From contig CM119263.1 of the NCBI GenBank assembly GCA_051294375.1, forward strand, positions 11,120,703 to 11,184,702: a stretch of DNA of 64,000 nucleotides, read 5' to 3'. The first letter of the stretch is position 1; each line of letters starts with the position of its first letter. This DNA is from Paraspadella gotoi (lineage: Eukaryota; Animalia; Chaetognatha). This document shows, piece by piece, positions 1 to 11,761 of this stretch. The notes under the pieces are model-generated. The model was not told the origin of the DNA. It saw only the letters and a program-made list of their open reading frames with translations, and ran no database searches. The translations under genes and the position numbers were made by a program.

Positions 1-3000
1 TTTATTCCAGAAGCGAAAAGGATTTTGTGAAACTGAACTTTATCGTCGTTGAATACGGAAATTCGGCGTTGGCATTCGGTTAGCGCGCGGGGGGGGCGCG
101 TTGACTCGATTTTATGGCGGAGAAAAAAAAAATCGGACCTGACCCTCTTCTGCCCCCCCCGCATTTCGCCCCCCCCCCTCCTACTCTTTTTAGCTTCACA
201 AAGGCCGCACCCAGCGCACGCGATTTCAATCGAGAGTAAATATTTACTTGCGCGGCGAAAAAAAATCGCGTTGAATTCGTTCTCTTCAGTCTTCATCCTC
301 TTAAGTTTGGAGAGAAGAAAAAAAAAATGACCCCGAGTCATCGATTTCGTCTTTTGGCTTTGATCACTTCTTTTCCTCTTTTCCTCTTCTCTCTCGTCTC
401 TGCTCTTTTCAACCTTCTCTGCCTTTTTCTCTTCCTTGTCCTTTTTATTTTTCCTATTTCTATTCCTGTCTCATTTCCTCCTTCTCCTTACCTTTTTCTT
501 TACTCCTTCTCCTCTTTTTATGCTTCCTTTTTCTCCATTCTCTTTCCTATTTCTTCTACTTCTCGCTTCTCCTTCTCCTTCTCTTCCTTTTTTCTTTGTC
601 CTTCCTTCTCTTTACCTTTTTCTCTTTCTCTCCTCTTACTTCGCTTCTCTTCGCTCTTTCTTTACTCCTATTGCTCTGCTTTTCTTTCTCTTCCCCTTTT
701 ACTTCTCAACTTCTCTTCTTTCTCTTTCTCTTCCTCTTCCATCCTTCTTGTTTTCCTCTTTTCACTTTTTCATTCTTAACTTCTTTTTTTGCTTTTTCTT
801 TCTCATTATTGTTGATATTACTCTTTGCGTCTCGCTTCCAGAAAAAGAAGGAGTTTGAGAAAATAACGGATGCCTCATTTCGTTTTTCCTTTTTTATTCT
901 GGACGTTTAAGCTTTTATTGCCATCAGGTTTTTCGACATCTTTTTAATCTCCACAGCAGTGACCCACAAAAGCCGGCACAAGTGACTCGGTCATACGACA
1001 TTTCGAGGAAAATCGAGGCGAAGGACGCGACGAGGACGACGTCAAACCAAAACCGAACGGAATCAGTGGTCGTCGGGATTAAGAAGAAAGTTTGAAGGGG
1101 AGAAGCATTGGGTGATGGGGGGGAATAGGGTGGAGGCTAGTGGGTGATGAAAAGATTGAAGTGATTGAACATTATTTTTTGCTTTGCCTATGGACCAAAC
1201 ATAATTAATGAATTTAAAATCCTTTTCAAAATTTTTTAGATAAACAGTATATTGCCAAATTCAATTATATGTAAGTAATATCCTTATTAAAATTGTTAAA
1301 TTTCAAAATATTTTTTTTTTATTTTGAAAAAACTGATTCGGATCGCGCTGTAAAAAACTAAGAAACTTATAAAATATGTTATATGATATTTTAATGTTTA
1401 GATCACAAAAAATGGACTAAATTTAAACCATATTATAAGTTTTTACACAGAGATAAAAAAAATAAGTCAGGAATTTTTATTCTTTTTTTATTTTTAAACC
1501 ATGAAGATGACGGAATTTTGATACATGTTTTATATTTCTTGATTCAACTTTTTATGAAGAATCTGAATCTATTAAAAAGTTTTATAAAAATTATTTTAAA
1601 ATTTACTATTTTTTAAGGATATTACTACAAATATATTATATTTTTGCTTTCGTTCCCGAGATAAATATTGAACGAAATTTTTTTTGGTACTATTAATCAT
1701 ACTATCTCACATCTAAATATTCAAATAAATTTTTGTTTCTTGAGTGCTCCCTCGTAGTGGAGGCGGAAGGGAAAAGGTGGTGGTGAGGAAGGGAAGAAGA
1801 GGGGGTGGAGTGGAAGGAAGAGGGAGAGGAGGTGGAGAGGAAGCGGGAATAGGGTTGAAGGAGAAGGGTAAAAGGAAGGAGGAAGCGGAAGAAGAGGAAT
1901 GAGGAGGAAGCGGTAGAGGATGGAGAGGAAGGGGAAGAGGGGGTGGAGAAAGTGGAAGCAGAGGGGTAGAATGAGGGGAATATGGGGTGGAGAGGCAAGG
2001 GAAAGAGGAGTGGAGGAAGTGGAAGCAGAGGGATGGTAGATTGAGGGGGAATAGGGTGGAGAGAAGGGGAGGAGGGCTTGAGGAAAGTGGAAGAAGAAGA
2101 GGTAGAGAAGGAAGGGGAAGAGTGGGAGGAGGAAAGGGAAGAGGGGGGTAGATGAGGGGGAAATAGGGGTGGAAGGAGGAAAGGGAAGAGGGGCGTGGAG
2201 GGAGGAAGGGGAATAATGGGTGTAGTTAGGAGGGGGGTAGTGGGGGTGGAGAAAGAAGCCGCGGAGAGAAGATGAGAGATGGTTAGGAGGGATGGGATNN
2301 NNNNNNNNNNNNNNNNNNNNNNNGTTGACGTCGTCCTCGTCGCGTCCTTCGCCTCGATTTTCCTCGAAATGTCGATGACCGAGTCACTGTGCCGGCTTTT
2401 GGTCACTGTGTGGAATTAAAAAGATGTCGAAAACCTGATGGCAATAAAGCTTAAACTTAAAGGGTCCCTAGAATAAAAAAAAAGAAAACGAAATGAGATC
2501 CGTTATTTTCTCAAACTCCTCTTTTTCTGGAAGCGAGACGAAAAGTAATCAAACCAAAATGAGAAAGAAAAAAGTCAAATGAAAAATGAAAAAGAGGAAA
2601 AGAAGGAGGAAGAGGAAGTGAAAGAGGAAGAAAAAAAAGAAGTGGAAGAGAAAGAGAAGAGAAAGTGGAAGATAAAAAGGAAGAGAAAGAAAAAGAGAAA
2701 TAGGATGTAAAGAAAGAGGAAGAGAAGGAGGTAAAGAGGAAGAAAGAGAAAAAGGAAGAGAAGGAGGAAAAGAAAAAGGAAGAGAAGGAGAAGGAGAAGG
2801 AGAAAGTAGAAGAAATAGGAAGAGAAGGAGAAAAAGGAAGATAAAAAGAAAGAGAAGGAGTAAAAGAAAAAGGAAGAGAAGGAGGAAAAGAGACAGGAAT
2901 AGAAATAGGAAAATAAAAAGGAAGGGAAAGAGAAAAAGGAAGAGAAGGTGGAAAAGAGAGAGAAAGAGAAGAAGAGGAAAAGAGGAAAAGAAGTGATCAA

Positions 3001-4074
3001 AGCCAAAAGACGAAATCGATGACTCAGGGTCATTTTTTTTTCTTCTCTCCCAAACTTAAGAGGATGAAGACTGAAGAGAAGATTCCAACGCGATTTTTTT
3101 CCCGCGCGTAAATATTTACTCTCGATTGAAAATCGCGGTGGCGCTGGTGCGGCTTTGTGAAGCTAAAAAGAGTAGGAAGGGGGGGGGCGAAATGCGTCGT
3201 CGCTGTCGTCGCCAGGAGACATGGGGTAAGTACACAACTTTGAAAGGATCGAGAGCGTTGGGCCAGGGTAAGGGTGGGAAGGCAAGAGTGAATATTGACA
3301 TTGAACCAAGTTAAAACTTAAAAGCATAAAAAAAATAAAAAAAACCACTAAAATATATAATTATATATTATATAATAGTTTCTAGAATCAACCCAAACCT
3401 CCCTTTCCAACGTCCAACAACAACGATCACGAAAGATGAGCGATAGTCGATGAATGGAGTTCCGATGACCAGGCATTCCGAGAAAATTGGGAATAGAGAG
3501 AGTTATGGGGGAGTAATGATAAAATGAATAAGAATAAAGAAGGGGAAAATAATGTTCTGTTGTTTTAGGGAGAAACAATTTTGGTGAGGGGGTAATGTAC
3601 AAATATTGATATAATTGATGTATCAGAGGAGTACATGTTTGAGTGTGGTATAAGAATTTGAAAAGTTAAAATTATATAACATTTGATTAGAGGATAATAA
3701 AATGAGAGGAAAGCGGGGATGATAAAAAAAAGATGGCTCAGAGAAACGGGAGTAGGGAAATAAAAAGGAATAATTATATTGATAAGAAAGATTATTAAAG
3801 GATGAATGTGATAAATGCGAAAGTTGGGGAAAATAAATGAAAAGGAAAAGAGAATATATTCGAGGCATAAGTGGTAGGTAGGATAAGGTCATCCCACCAA
3901 ATATCTTACCTTTTTAAACATGGGAATAATACGAAGAAAGGGATCAGGGTTATTGATGACGAGTACGTATATAATCTTCTAGTGAGTCGCGGAAACCGGT
4001 ATTCTCTCGTTCTCTCTCTCGTTCTCTCTCTCTCTATCTCTCTCTCTCTCTCCTCTCTCTCTCTTCTCTCTTCT

Positions 4075-4119
<45 letters not shown>

Positions 4120-4411
4120 TTCTCCTCTCTCGCCCAATTTTACTTTTATGTAAAAAAATTTTTCTCGTTTATTTATTCCAGAAGGAAAAGGATTTTGTGA
4201 AACTGGAACTTTATGCCGTCGTGAATACGAAATTTCGGCGTTGGCATTGGGTAGCGCGCGGGGGGGGCGGTTGACTCGATTATGGCGGAGAAAAAAAAAT
4301 CGACCTGACCCTCTCTGCCCCTCTTCCTCCATCCCCGCCCCTCTGCCCCAGTCCGCGTCCCGTCTTGGGCCCACTCATCATGCGTCNNNNNNNNNNNNNN
4401 NNNNNNNNNNN

Positions 4412-4448
<37 letters not shown>

Positions 4449-4850
4449 CCGGGTTTCCGGCTCCTGAAGGATTTTCGTCTCGTCTCATCCCCTGATCCCT
4501 TTCTTCGTTTTTCCCGGTTAAAAAGGTAAGTATTTGGTGGGATGACCTTTCCTACTCACCCTTTGCCTCGATATTTCTCTTTTTCCTTTTCATTTATTTT
4601 CCTCACTTTCGCATTTATCACTTCATCCTTTTAAATCTTTCTTTTTAATTATTATTCCTTTTTTTTTTCCTCTCTCCCGTTTCTCTGAGCCATCTTTTTT
4701 TTTATCATCCCCGCTTTCTCTCTTTTTTCCTCCAATCAATGTTTATATTTTCTTTTCATTCTTTCCCACCTCAACATGTCTCCTCTGATACTCAATTATT
4801 CAATATTTGTCTTACCCCCTCACCAAAATTGTTTCTCCCCTAAAACAACA
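1..4850. repeat. Cluster of local duplications around two 25-N gaps
   Basis: About 160-1045 is inverted at 2324-3195; about 3565-4005 is inverted at 4440-4850; 1-155 is repeated directly at 4152-4320. Copies differ mostly by scattered indels. Confidence 0.88.
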
Positions 4851-5359
4851 GCTTTTTTTCCTTTCTTTTTCTTTTTTCTTTTTCTTTCCCCCAAAAAACT
4901 TTTTTTTTCTCGAAAAATCTTTTCTCGATTCGCTCTCGTAGTCTCCGCCTAATAGCACATTTCCACTTTCATATTTCCCTCTTCGTCATTTTAATCTTTC
5001 CGCCTCAAACCTGGAATTTTTTTTCGAGTTTTCTTCTTTAAAATATTTTCGGTCGGTCGGTCAGTTTGGCTACCATCAAGTCCTAAAAAAAATTATGTCA
5101 AGTGGAACTTTTCACGTTTCTTACAGACATCTAAATATGACATTAAACAAAGTGTTTTATCGAAGCCAAACTTCGTCCTCACCATTTTTTTCACTTTCTC
5201 ACTAATCTTTTCTTCTTTCATTTCCTCTCCTCTCTTTTTCGTCTTAACCCTCGACCTTCGAACATCTTTCGCTATTATCCATTAGTCTCGAGCGCGTCGG
5301 CTCGCGAGCGGATTCGCGCCACTGCATTAAAGTAATAAAACGACAACTAATAATGATAA

Positions 5360-5452
<93 letters not shown>
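5360..5452. repeat. (AAT)n microsatellite
   Basis: Uninterrupted AAT run read directly. Confidence 0.97.
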
Positions 5453-5818
5453 TCCTCGATTTTTCATTAATTTTCTTTTCCCATTTCCTCGATCTTCCAT
5501 CGGTGAGCGGCGGCGATGTTTTCCATTTTCCCGCCCTTCATTGCCCGGATCCATTTCACATCCTCCTCGACTTCTTTTTTTTCTTTCCATCTTCTTCTCG
5601 AAGGTAGGAGCCTCTATTTCCTTCTCCTACCTTCGCTTTCAACTTCTTTTTCCTACATTTTTTATCTTCCTAAATCTTCGTCTGGTTTCATGCCCTTTTT
5701 TTTCTCTCGTTTTCATTAATTCGAACTTGATCCCATCCTGACTCTATTTGTTCTCATCTTTCCTCTCTCTTCTTCGAAACCTTGCCCCACCCTCTTTCGC
5801 ACCCATCCTCTCTCTCGT

Positions 5819-5899
<81 letters not shown>

Positions 5900-5979
5900 C
5901 TGTCTCTTCTCTCTTCACCTCTCACTCCTCTTGTCGGTTATTCAGACAATAACTTGATTAGCGCCGATGAAAAACCCGT

Positions 5980-6120
5980 GGATCCGGGGTTCTCGTGTCG
6001 ACGTCGACATCCGGGCTTCTCTTTTTGTCTTAGACATCCGGGGTTTTCCGTCTCTTGGTCGACATTCGGTGTTTACGGTCTCTTCGTCTACTACATCCGG
6101 GGTTTCATGGTCGACGATGG
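5980..6120. repeat. Degenerate tandem repeat, about 27-32 bp x5
   Basis: Core (G)ACATCCGGGGTTT / GATCCGGGGTT / GACATTCGGTGTTT recurs five times. Confidence 0.6.
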
Positions 6121-7685
6121 TTTTGGGCAAGGGAAACAATAAAGACCGTCTTTACTCTTCAATGAGTCCCTATCATTTGTTGCAATTTTCAAACGCGAGA
6201 CGCGCCCATCAAAGTTCCGTTCATTTTTATGACGAAGAAAAAAAATGATGTGTTCCACATTGAAATTAGGTTTTGGCTCTAAATCCCCCAAATTTTTCAC
6301 AGGAACGCCCGCAATCGGTAATGGAATATGGATTATGGAGTCTCGAAATGTAAATTACATTGAGAGTCATAACTCGATCCGCCGGCGAAGACCGGGAGTC
6401 GGCGAGACGAAAAGAGGAATGAAGGCAAAAACGAAATCGTGAATAGAGGATAAGGAAATAAGGAAAGCTCCAAATTAAACGATCTCGTTGTGTCTAATCT
6501 GTTATAAAAAGGCTATTTATAGGGAAAAAAAACATGAATAAAATAACAGATTCCAAACGTTAGTTGCTGGGAAAAAAGATCGTCTCTCGAAAATGGAAAA
6601 AAAAAAGTAACTGATAACCTCGATTGGCAGACGTTTCCGCTTCAACGGGATTCCGTTCGTGTGCAGAATTCCAAAACTTTTACTTTTATTTGTTTTCTTT
6701 TTTAAACATTCACTCATTCGTTCTTTTATTTATTTATTTATTTATTTTTATTTATTTAATTGTTTATTCATTTATTTATTTATTTATTTATTTTTTTTTT
6801 AAATTTATTTATTTGTTTATGAAATTGGTACAATCAATATAAAAATTCATTTATTTATTTACTTATTTAATAATTTATTAAGAAGAAAATACTTCAGCTT
6901 ATATAATACATATTAATATTATATATATATATATATATTACTTAATAATTTTATTCGTTCACCAATTTCTAGCGACAGAATCTTCTTCTTCTTCACGAAA
7001 TTCACAAGAGGCACCAAAGACGTTGACGGCGCCATCGTTGTCTCTCTTTCTTTGATCCGACTCCGCGCAGGTCATGCGTGTGATTGCCACATGTGCGTAT
7101 TATGCGCAAGTCTTGCGCGTAATTGAGACGAGACTGCGTGCGCGAGACCGAATCTTTCTCGCTCCACCCAATCCTCTGCTCCCTCTACCGGATCCCTCCC
7201 GCGTCACACACAACCGACGCCCTTACCTTCGCACGCCCACTACAAAGTCTCGAAGACGTAACTACCTTCCCGAGGTCGCACGCAATTTCGCGTGCACGCG
7301 GGCCTTTTCTCCGATTGAACTCGCCGCCTCTGATCCACTATCTTTCTCTCTCCAATCAGATTTTTTTTTTTTTAGTTCTCTTCGTTTCCTCCTTTAATCC
7401 TTTGTCGATGGGCCTCGCCATCTTGATTTTTCTAGCCGATAAGCGTCGTTCTACGTTCTACTACGTCTCCGCGATACGTCACTTTGCGACCTTTCGTCGG
7501 ATTTGATGCGTAACTTGTCATTTCTACTAGATTTTCTTTGTACGCAATGAATTTTTTTGCCTTTTATTAGCCGGCGAGCTGAGTTAGTTTGTTCTTCAAA
7601 TTCGTTATTTGATTATTATGAAAAATGCAAAATTACTTGTTTCACTATTTTAAGTATTATATTTTTTATATTCATTGAGAGAAAA

Positions 7686-7857
7686 AAAGTTTTTATTGAA
7701 TTACAAACAACGATTTTATTTGTACATATGCGGACATGTTTCGACGCTATTTTTGAGCCATCATCAGCGCTTTTGACATTTGTGGCTCGAAAATAGAGTC
7801 AAAAAATGTCCGCATGTGTACAAATAAAATCGTTGTTTGTAATTCAATAAAAACTTT
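7686..7857. mobile_element. Inverted repeat (about 75-bp arms, 22-bp spacer), probable Penelope-like pseudo-LTR remnant
   Basis: Arm 7686-7760 is the reverse complement of 7783-7857 with a few mismatches. Each copy has hammerhead-derived sequence followed by two AATAAA. The + strand copy lacks CTGATGA and has GAAAC changed to AAAAA. Confidence 0.6.
7730..7770 (-). ncRNA. Minimal type I hammerhead ribozyme (Penelope-like element/retrozyme type)
   Basis: Minus strand reads GCG-CTGATGA-T-GGCTC-AAAAATA-GCGTC-GAAA-C-AT-GTC-CGC. It has the complete CUGANGA/GAAA/UH core, stem I GCG/CGC, stem II with one mismatch, and palindromic ACATGT stem III. Predicted cleavage is after GUC (between 7733 and 7732). 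Confidence 0.75.
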
Positions 7858-8035
7858 GTTGTCTTAAATTTAAATCGCCAATGAAAGAAAGGATTACACC
7901 TAATATTCATTATAAATTCTATATTTTTTATTTTTATTATTATTATTATTTTATATTAATTTTGGTTTTTGATAATCTAAATTTTATAATATTATATTAT
8001 TAATGGGAGAGGTTTGTTAGTTTTAGTTTTTTTTT

Positions 8036-11000
8036 ATTTTGCTATCATTTGGCAACAAGATAATTTGGGATTTTCTTTCACTATCGTCACTGCCCGTTTT
8101 CCCCAGGGCAAAAACAAACGACCGAGTTTATATACCCGTCAAGCTTCATTCCGAGGTTACCCCCTCGCTACTCTTGCATTTTGACCAAGGCGCGATTCCG
8201 TATTCAGTATTCACGATGTTTTCCCCTTCGCGTAAGACCAACTCTTAATTATCTATTCATCATTCACGAACTGACAGCCCACGTTCTTTCTCGTTCATCT
8301 CTCTCTTTCTCTTCCGTCTACCTTTCTATGGACTTCAGGAATTCCGTGGGCGGCCGTTCAGCCGTCTGGGTCCCCTTGCCGCCTCCCACATGACAGCGCC
8401 TTCTGCGAGACTAGTGTCTCTCTCTCTCTCCAACTCTTAGTCTAAAGCCAATGCCGAAAGTCAGGAGATCGATTCCCGACAAACTGCGCATAAAAAAAAA
8501 GCCTCTCATATTCCACCTGATTGGAGACGATTTCCATTACCCACCTCGACTCAACACCGCCGCCCCCGACCTCTCCCGACCTCCCCCACTCCGCAAGTCC
8601 ACCCCCGTAGGCCTTTTAACCCTCCGCAACCCCCGCTGATTAATACCGGTCTCATCCCTCACCCACCCCAGCTTCGTCGCGGGCTCGTCCGACCACCGGT
8701 GCTTCGCTACTACAACGTCGCTGATTAATCCTCGACCGTTTGAGCGAATAATTGCCCCGCATTCAATCCCGTTCTGTCACGTTCCCCCGGGGGGACGACG
8801 GCGAGGGGAGAAGGGCCGGGAGATTGGGGAGGACAATGAAGGATTGGCGGTCAGACGCCGGGCGGATTCTCTGGTCGCCGAGAGTTTTATTGTCCCTTTT
8901 CCGCCTGACCACAGCTCTGTCCCCGTTTTTTTTCCCCTCTGGGTTGTCGTTTTAATCGTGCGCTATGGAGTGATTATATTTAAATGGACATATTTATGAC
9001 TAAATAGTAAAATATCAGTTAAATTAACATTTATTATAACGTTCGGGATTTCACATCCAGTATTTCATCTCCATTTTAATTTAAACCAGATCGCCTCGTT
9101 CAAAGTCCTGATCTTAATCAATTCTCTCTCTGTTTTCAATAAAAATCGGGAACATAAGCAGCTAATTCTCAAGTAAAAATTAAATTCGCCTCTTTAAAAA
9201 ATGATTCATTTTCGAATTGGAGATCGCTGCGGCAATTCATTCTTCCACAAAGAACGTTGGGATAATCCATCTGTTCTTTCAAGTGCTTTTTGACGTTCCA
9301 AATGGCTCTTTCAAAATTTAAAGACAAATGCCTATCTTTATATCATTAGAACTCTGCCACGCAAATTATTCAGAAGCCTATTTCTTATCAATATGCTTAA
9401 TTGCTTATTGCCTAAACATCCAAAGACGTACTCACTGAAAACCTCAGTAAGTTTATTACAAAACCGAATGGCAATCCATTTTCTCGGGTAAAAAAATTGT
9501 TGCAATTCGGCTCCGCCGGAAAAAAAAAATCCTTTTTTCTCCGTGACCATAAAGTTTCGCGCCAAATCAACCCAACGAGTCCCCAGTTCCCGTCCGGTTC
9601 GCTCCTTACAGAAGGCGGGGCGTCGATGACCCAATCCCGAAATTAACTCGTTGACCAACTGACTTTTTTTTTCTTTTCGCGTGACCTCAAGTCAACGAGA
9701 CCGAGTTTGAGACTCGCGCCCTGGCCATTGGCCACCTCAGCACCTGCCACTCACGTCTTCGGACTCCCACTCAGTTCTTTTCGATCCCATCTCTCCCTCT
9801 CACCTCTCCGTCAACGCCCCGCCCGCTTACCCTCTCCGCCAACCCTCGATCGCCGTGGGCTTCATGGCGAGCCAACCCATATAACTCGGCAAAAAGTCGT
9901 TCCTCCAGGTGCTTAAGTGTTTCTCCTCATATTATTCCACTTTTTTTTACCTCTGGCCCTTTTCCCATTTTTTTCTCTTTCTTTCTCTTTACTTTCTTTT
10001 TTTTTTCACCCTCTCCTTTTTTTTTACCCTTTCTCTGACGATTTATGGACTAAACGATCCTGTGATATTTATCCCTCGGCGCTTCGAGCCGAGTTTTTTT
10101 CGCGAAATTATGCACGAATTACTCTTTTATTTAGCTTCGGCCCTCGGGGTTTTTTTTTCAAACTATATTACCAGAAAATGGGGAGAAAATTTTAGAAAAG
10201 AAAGGAAAAAAAAATGGGGACGAACGTGAAACTTGAATAAAAGATTCTTTTATGGGAGGTTAATAGTGCGGGAAAAAACTTTTTTGTGATTCTTAAGAAA
10301 AAGGTTTTTTTTTCGCTCTCTTCCTTCCTTTTTTTTTCCTTTCTTTTTTTCACACACATACTCGCGCTCTCACACACATGCTCACAAAAGATATGGGCAC
10401 AGCTTACATCCGCCCCTTCTTCCGGGGAAAGCCACCATTTAACCCCTAATGAAGGTGAGTAAAAAGCCATTTTGCGGAGAAGGGGAGTAATCTGTGTGTG
10501 TGGCTTCGGTTCGACACAAAAGAAATAATTAGTGGCTAAAGAAATATTTCCAGGTGCGAGCATTAGTGAATTAGGAATAGAGGTACAATTAAGAGTGGTG
10601 ATCCTGAGTTTAAGTAGATTTAAATATATTAAATCCAAGAAAAATAAAAAAATTATATTAAGATTCGGATTTTAAATATACATACTTTAATAGAAACAGC
10701 TCTTTCTTTGGCTTTTTGATACCGGCATATAGATCCTAATTTTTTTTTTCATTTGATTTCTTTCGTCTGTTCAACCTTTCTTCTTTGTCACTTCTTAAAT
10801 TGTATTTATTCACTAGTTTTACTTTTTTTGGTTTATTTCTATTTTTTATTTTTTTTCATTAGTTAAATTTGGTTTTTATTTTTCTTTGTTTTCGTTTCTG
10901 TTCTTTCTTTATTTTTCTCATTTTATTAATCTCTTTCTTTTGTGATATATTCCTTTTCGTTTCCGTTGTGTTTTAAAATTAGAAGAAGTTTGTAAATGGA

Positions 11001-11689
11001 CTTTGTTGTTGTCGTGTTTGGTTTTTCGTTGTTGATTTCACCAAAGAAGTTTGAAATTGAATTTTAAACAACGATTTAATATGAAATAAAAATCGTTGTA
11101 GAAATTACAATTTCAAACTTCTTCTAATCTCTTTCTTTATAATTTTCTCTTTTTAACTTCCTTCTTTCATCCATCCAAGTTGCATGTTTGATTTAAAAGT
11201 CGCCGCAAGCTTCGAACGTCTCGTAAAGTCGGATCTTTTAATTACTCTTCTCAGCGGGAAAAAAAAAAATTAAATGGAGCTTTTATATTCTGAGGATAAA
11301 ATTTAAAAAAAAATAAGTTTTTTTGTTTGATCGTTCTTTTTCAAGTTCACGAGACAAAAAGAAGTAAAAAGAGGAATCCTAGTTGATAGACCTTATCACC
11401 TTATCACCTAACGGTTTCTTGACGATTTATATAAAAAAAAACATCAAGTAATTGAAATAATATAAAATTTTTGTATTTGATATGAATGTCAATTTGCTGA
11501 CTGGTGAATGGTGAGGGTAAATTTGATTAAATTTTGCGGAGAGAAACGGAGAAATGCAGACAGATTTATTAATCTTTTGTAAATTAACGGAATTAGTTTT
11601 TTTGCCTTTGTCTTAGAGGGAGAACTCAAAAGTTGTCTCGCTTGATCGTAATCACGAAGATTGGCCACACACTTGTTGACAACGACAAC

Positions 11690-11761
<72 letters not shown>

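Noticed and set aside
327-3033. Long F/S/L/P-rich ORFs (327-779, 436-858, 1702-2406, 2575-3033)
   Set aside because: Translations of polypyrimidine tracts that lack stop codons by composition; open in several frames with no motifs.
5980-6120. CRISPR-like spacing of a short motif
   Set aside because: Repeats are degenerate, spacers are short and similar to each other, the context is eukaryotic and there are no cas genes.
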